In this document: in pieces, positions 60,012 to 64,000 of the stretch
How positions within the stretch are numbered: the stretch's first letter is position 1
Layout: every line of letters begins with the position of its first letter
Assembly (NCBI GenBank): GCA_054600435.1
Contig: BAAIJX010000069.1
Span: forward strand, 1-64,000
Direction: 5' to 3'
DNA length: 64,000 nt
Source of the DNA: Neophaeotheca triangularis
Lineage: Eukaryota
The notes under the pieces: generated by a model
What the model was told of the DNA's origin: nothing
The model's database searches: none
The model's input: only the letters and a program-made list of their open reading frames with translations
Translations under genes and position numbers: made by a program

Positions 60012-62276
60012 ATGGCAGACGCACAACCAGCGGCCGTCGCGCAAGAAGCGAGCAGTACCACGGACAAAATCTGGTCGGTTGCCAAGAGCGTAGGTATCTT
60101 CGTCGCCATCCAATATGGCATGAAGCAATTCATAGGCGGCGGCGTCGGCGGAGGCCAAAACCCAGAGCCGGCAGTCCCAGACGCGAATGCACCGGCAGCA
60201 GCTGTCGAATACAACCAGGTGCCCAATATCGTCTACCCGCTATGGCCTGCAAATCAGAGCGTCGATATCAGCATGTTCATCTCTCCAAGTATGATCATGC
60301 CTGCTCTCGACGCCATGCCGGCTTGGACTCGTATCATGGAGGAGCGCAACTTCTCCTTGGAAAAGAAGGACAAAGATGCGCGGGAGGTCTTTACTTCCTT
60401 CTCCGTGCCCAAGAGCGTGCAGGACAACGGAACACTTTGGACGCACGTCTACATCGGTCAGACTGGAGCTGAGCTAGACCCAGCCTCGCCCTCTTATGAC
60501 CCACAAAGGGCGTATCGCATGTCAAGGCCGTTAACGCAGTATCTCTCCAGGAAGAAGGTTGCCAAGACGCGCAACCTACTTTCCGACGACACCTCAAGCA
60601 TCGACGACGATGAAGATGATGCAACCATCGCCTCTTACTACCACCCCAACATTACCCTCTCCTTCGTTCCCGACACCGGCGCAGCCAAGTATCCAACTCT
60701 CCACCCGGCAACTCGACAATTCTACGAGCTCGAGCCGTCTGGGAAACGTGACGCTACAGGAAAGAATGGCTGGTACTACCCTGTCCTCTACTTCAACACC
60801 TTCTGGCAACTCCGTACCCACATGACAGAACTCAACAGCACCATCCCCACTACCGAGCTCGATCTGAATGTCAATCTCAACACCCTCTCCAGCTGGCAAT
60901 TCACTGTGATGGCCTCCATGGACGAAGGCATGAAGGAAACCGCCCGCAAAGCCGCTCGCGGTGAATCCACTCCGGGCGGCGGCGACGGCAGCGAAATGGA
61001 AATGATCAAGAACGTCCTCCTCGACAGCAACATTTACCTCCTATCCACTACCGTCTTCGTCAGCATCCTACACATGATTTTCGAGCTCTTGGCCTTTAAA
61101 TCTGACGTCTCCCACTGGCGGCAGAAAAAGGACAATGTCGGGACATCGGTGCGCACCATTCTCGCAAACGTCTTCATGCAGAGTGTCATCTTTCTCTACC
61201 TCATGGACAACAACGACAACACCTCTTGGATGATTCTCTTTGGTCAAGGCATGGGTATCGCCATTGAAGCCTGGAAGATAACCAAATCCGTCAACGTTCG
61301 AGTCCGCGAACCACAACCCAACAGCTTTTTCGCCGGCAAGCTGCCATATGTCGTCGTTTTCGAGGACAAGCACAAACTCTCCGAAACCGAGGAGAAGACG
61401 GAAGAGTACGACCGTATTGCTTTCAAGTATATGGGTGTTGGCGCCGTGCCACTTTTGCTCGCTTACGCGGTCTACTCGCTTTTGTACGAAAGCCATAAGA
61501 GCTGGTACTCGTTCATTATCACCACGCTCGTTGGGAGTGTGTACGCTTATGGGTTTTTGATGATGGTAAGCAGCCCCTATTACATCCCCCACCCTCTCCA
61601 ATACTACGTACTGACTACGCAACGTTGTCTAGATACCCAGTCTCTACATCAACTACCGCCTACAATCCGTCGCCCACATGCCGGCAAGAGCCATGACCTA
61701 CAAATTCCTCAACACCTTCATGTAAGCCATCCCTACCTCCCTGTCACCAGCACCCAGAAAAAAAGAAATGATGATCCCAAGCAATTGTTACACACTCTCC
61801 GAATACCCCATGTGAGAACAAATCATGGTTTGCCTGAACCCAGAAAACCCAAGACAATTTTTAAAGAAAGCCTTTGAACCTCGTACAAGAACCTCCGCTA
61901 ACAACCACTCTCTTCTCCACGTGGAAACAGCGACGACCTCTTCGCCTTCACCATCAAAATGCCCACCCTCCACCGTCTAGCCACTCTCCGCGACGATTTG
62001 ATCTTCTTCGTTTACCTCTATCAAGCCTGGAAATACAAGGTCGATTACACGCGCGTGAATGAGTTCGGGCAAGGAGGTGATGACGAGGAAGTTGAGGAGA
62101 AGTTGATGTCCAGGCCGTTGAAGGCAGTGGCTGGCGGGGATGGGAGTGTCAAGGAGGGGAGAGAGATTAAGGAGCCCGAAGTTAGTGTCAATGTTCGAGT
62201 GAATAAGGGGGCTGGGGGAGGTGGGAGTGGGAGTGGGAGTGGGAGGGATAAGGGGCCAGGTAGGAAGAGGAAGTAA
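60012..62276 (+). CDS. CLPTM1-family membrane protein (CLPTM1L-like putative lipid scramblase), 2 introns
   Basis: VQDNGTL, YYPVLYFNTFWQL, LAFKSDVSHW, IEAWKITK, HKSWYSF, PSLYINYRLQSVAHMP, YKFLNTFIDDLFAFTIKMPTLHRLATLRDD, VDYTRVNEFGQ. Introns at ~61566-61632 and ~61722-61931. Confidence 0.93.
61763..61841 (+). ncRNA. Intronic C/D-box snoRNA, predicted guide for LSU rRNA 2'-O-methylation
   Basis: Box C ATGATGA 61768-61774, D' CCGA 61799-61802, C'-like GTGAGA 61812-61817, box D CTGA 61834-61837. TTGTTACACACTC (61785-61797) is complementary to the conserved LSU sequence GAGUGUGUAACAA. Confidence 0.85.
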
Positions 62277-63860
62277 GTTGGCGTGCTTGATTTGCGGGCC
62301 TTTTCTGTGATGTCGCGAGCCTCAAAGGTTGTTGGAAGCAGAAGTACGGCGCGAATGATACTACTGTAGAGGTATCTGTTCTTCTACCGTCCGTGTGGAG
62401 TGTGCCACGGCTGTAGAGTCCAGACTTGTCATTGATATAGACTACCTTCGATATCTCTCCATACCTTGTAAGAACCAGAGCGGCAGTGCTTGACTGTCAA
62501 AAAAAAGGCAAGATTTTCACGTGGTGTCCTACCCTTTATCATCAGTCTTCATTGTTCGCTGCTATCTAGGTATACTGTTAGGGTTCCAAGTGATGTAGCG
62601 GCGTACACGGTTTGTCGAATTGATCATCATCATCATCATCATCGTCATCAGGCTCATCATCAGCCTCGCGCTCGTCTATTATTAAAGAAGCAAGGTTTAA
62701 GAATGATTATATCAATTACTGCCGCGAACCCGAAGACGTGTGGGGGAGAGGGGGCTTTGTTAACGATGGGTGGGGATGCTTACAAAGAGAGTACTGTACC
62801 TACGAGCCACGAGGCATGGGAGGTAGAAGAAGAGAGAGGGAGAGAGATGGGGCGAGAGGCGAGGGTGGCGATGATGGAATGCATTTGAGTGGAGGTGAGG
62901 TTTATAGGGATCTTGTGTCGTCTTGGTAGTCGTAGTCGTCGTCGCCGCTGTCGTCGTCGTCGTCAACTTTGGCTTTGGCTTTGGCTTTGGCTTTGTCTTT
63001 TTGGTGATGGAGCGGTGCGTGGCCTTGGCGGGTTGGTTGTTCGCTGTGGCGGCAAGGGTGACGGTGACGTTGGTGCCGCGAGGATTAACGGGTGAAATCA
63101 GAGTTGGGTAGTCTGGCCCGTGGATCCGGTCGGTCGTGTCCAGAAGAATGGAGATGTTGGAATCATCAAGAATATTAATGATCCGGATCTTGTCTATCTT
63201 GTGGGACAGTAGTAACGTTAAGTGGGACGAGCTGCCTGAGTACAGTATTACTACTACTGTAGACTAGTTACTGATTCCAACATGATGGATGTATGAGGTA
63301 CCGGGTACTAGTAGTACATACCTATAAGTTAGGTGCAGCCTAAGTTACGGCGTGGAGATGGGGCTTGGCAGGGCATGATTTGCGTAATCTTCATTAAGGT
63401 ATCCATTATTATAATTACCAGGTATTCATTATTATAAGTATCTTCACGACAAGATAGTCACCGTAATCTGCCAAACAAAGAAATAGATAATAACAATTAC
63501 AAAAAGATGAGAATAATTGGAAGATGGAAGGGCGGAAGAGTCGGCCGGGATTGCGTCGTCGTCTTCCATTATAATCGCCCGACGCCGCGTCATAGCTTCG
63601 AGATTCTGCTAAAGGCTGCCCAGGTGTTTGCGCGTAACATGATGGAAGGCCAGGACAGGAACAAGCGGACCCGACCGTAAGATGCAGATGATAACGTTAA
63701 CTTATCCATCTTTCCCGATCCCTTCTCATTCTTCACTCTTGACTCCTCAACGACATCTCTCTCATCATTCTCTCACTACCTCCCTCACCTTACAGTACTC
63801 GTCCCTCTGGTCTGCTACCCTCTAACTTATTCTAGCTAGCTACCTCTTCCCCTTTCTACT

Positions 63861-63899
63861 TCTCCTCCCTCCTCCTCCTCCTCCTCCTCCTCCTCCTCC
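63861..63899. repeat. (CCT)n tract within a pyrimidine-rich, 5'-UTR-like region of a gene beyond the window
   Basis: The repeat is directly visible. CT-rich leaders precede other genes in this window. Confidence 0.7.
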
Positions 63900-64000
63900 A
63901 GACCAACCTCCATCCCCGACCTCATCTGAAACGTCCACCCTACCGCCTCCATTCGCTCCACAGTTGTCTCTCCTTTCTCACCTGCCTTTCGGCGCATATC

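Noticed and set aside
62360..62385. GTATCTGTTCTT matches part of U2 snRNA
   Set aside because: The branch-site recognition sequence GUGUAGUA, 5' stem and Sm site are not intact, and it lies in the CLPTM1 3' region
62760..63240. Minus-strand open frame with (KP)n and poly-Thr
   Set aside because: No ATG or splice support; it is built from GGCTTT and GTC microsatellites

Overview
Gene-dense chromosomal segment of a filamentous ascomycete, probably a Dothideomycete (inferred from short GT-AG introns with CTRAC branch points and the gene content). Core genes: TDA3-like FAD oxidoreductase, actin, Fes1, Iws1/Spn1, Dhr1/Ecm16, PAC3, an Spt23/Mga2-type factor, the complex I 78-kDa subunit, a CTL-family transporter and a CLPTM1 protein. 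A likely accessory block (about 6.7-26 kb) contains a decaying divergent pair (NCS1 permease and XanA-like dioxygenase pseudogenes), a CYP505 P450-reductase fusion, a dead 3'-5' exonuclease, a protein with a HeLo/SesA-like N-terminus divergent from an amino-acid permease, an AA9 LPMO and a secreted nuclease. A disrupted F-box/LRR gene lies at 29-31 kb. Signals not explained by the ORF track: (1) an intronic C/D-box snoRNA in the CLPTM1 gene with a 13-nt guide to LSU rRNA; (2) a small protein with six Cys-Pro heme-regulatory-type motifs, whose promoter, like that of the neighbouring complex I gene, has a CBC:HapX-type motif; (3) an ~830-nt candidate structured RNA between those two genes; (4) a start codon split by an intron; (5) an Spt23/Mga2 homologue without ankyrin or transmembrane segments; (6) recurrent C-rich then G/T-rich blocks at gene 3' ends. 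All calls were made by eye, without database searches.
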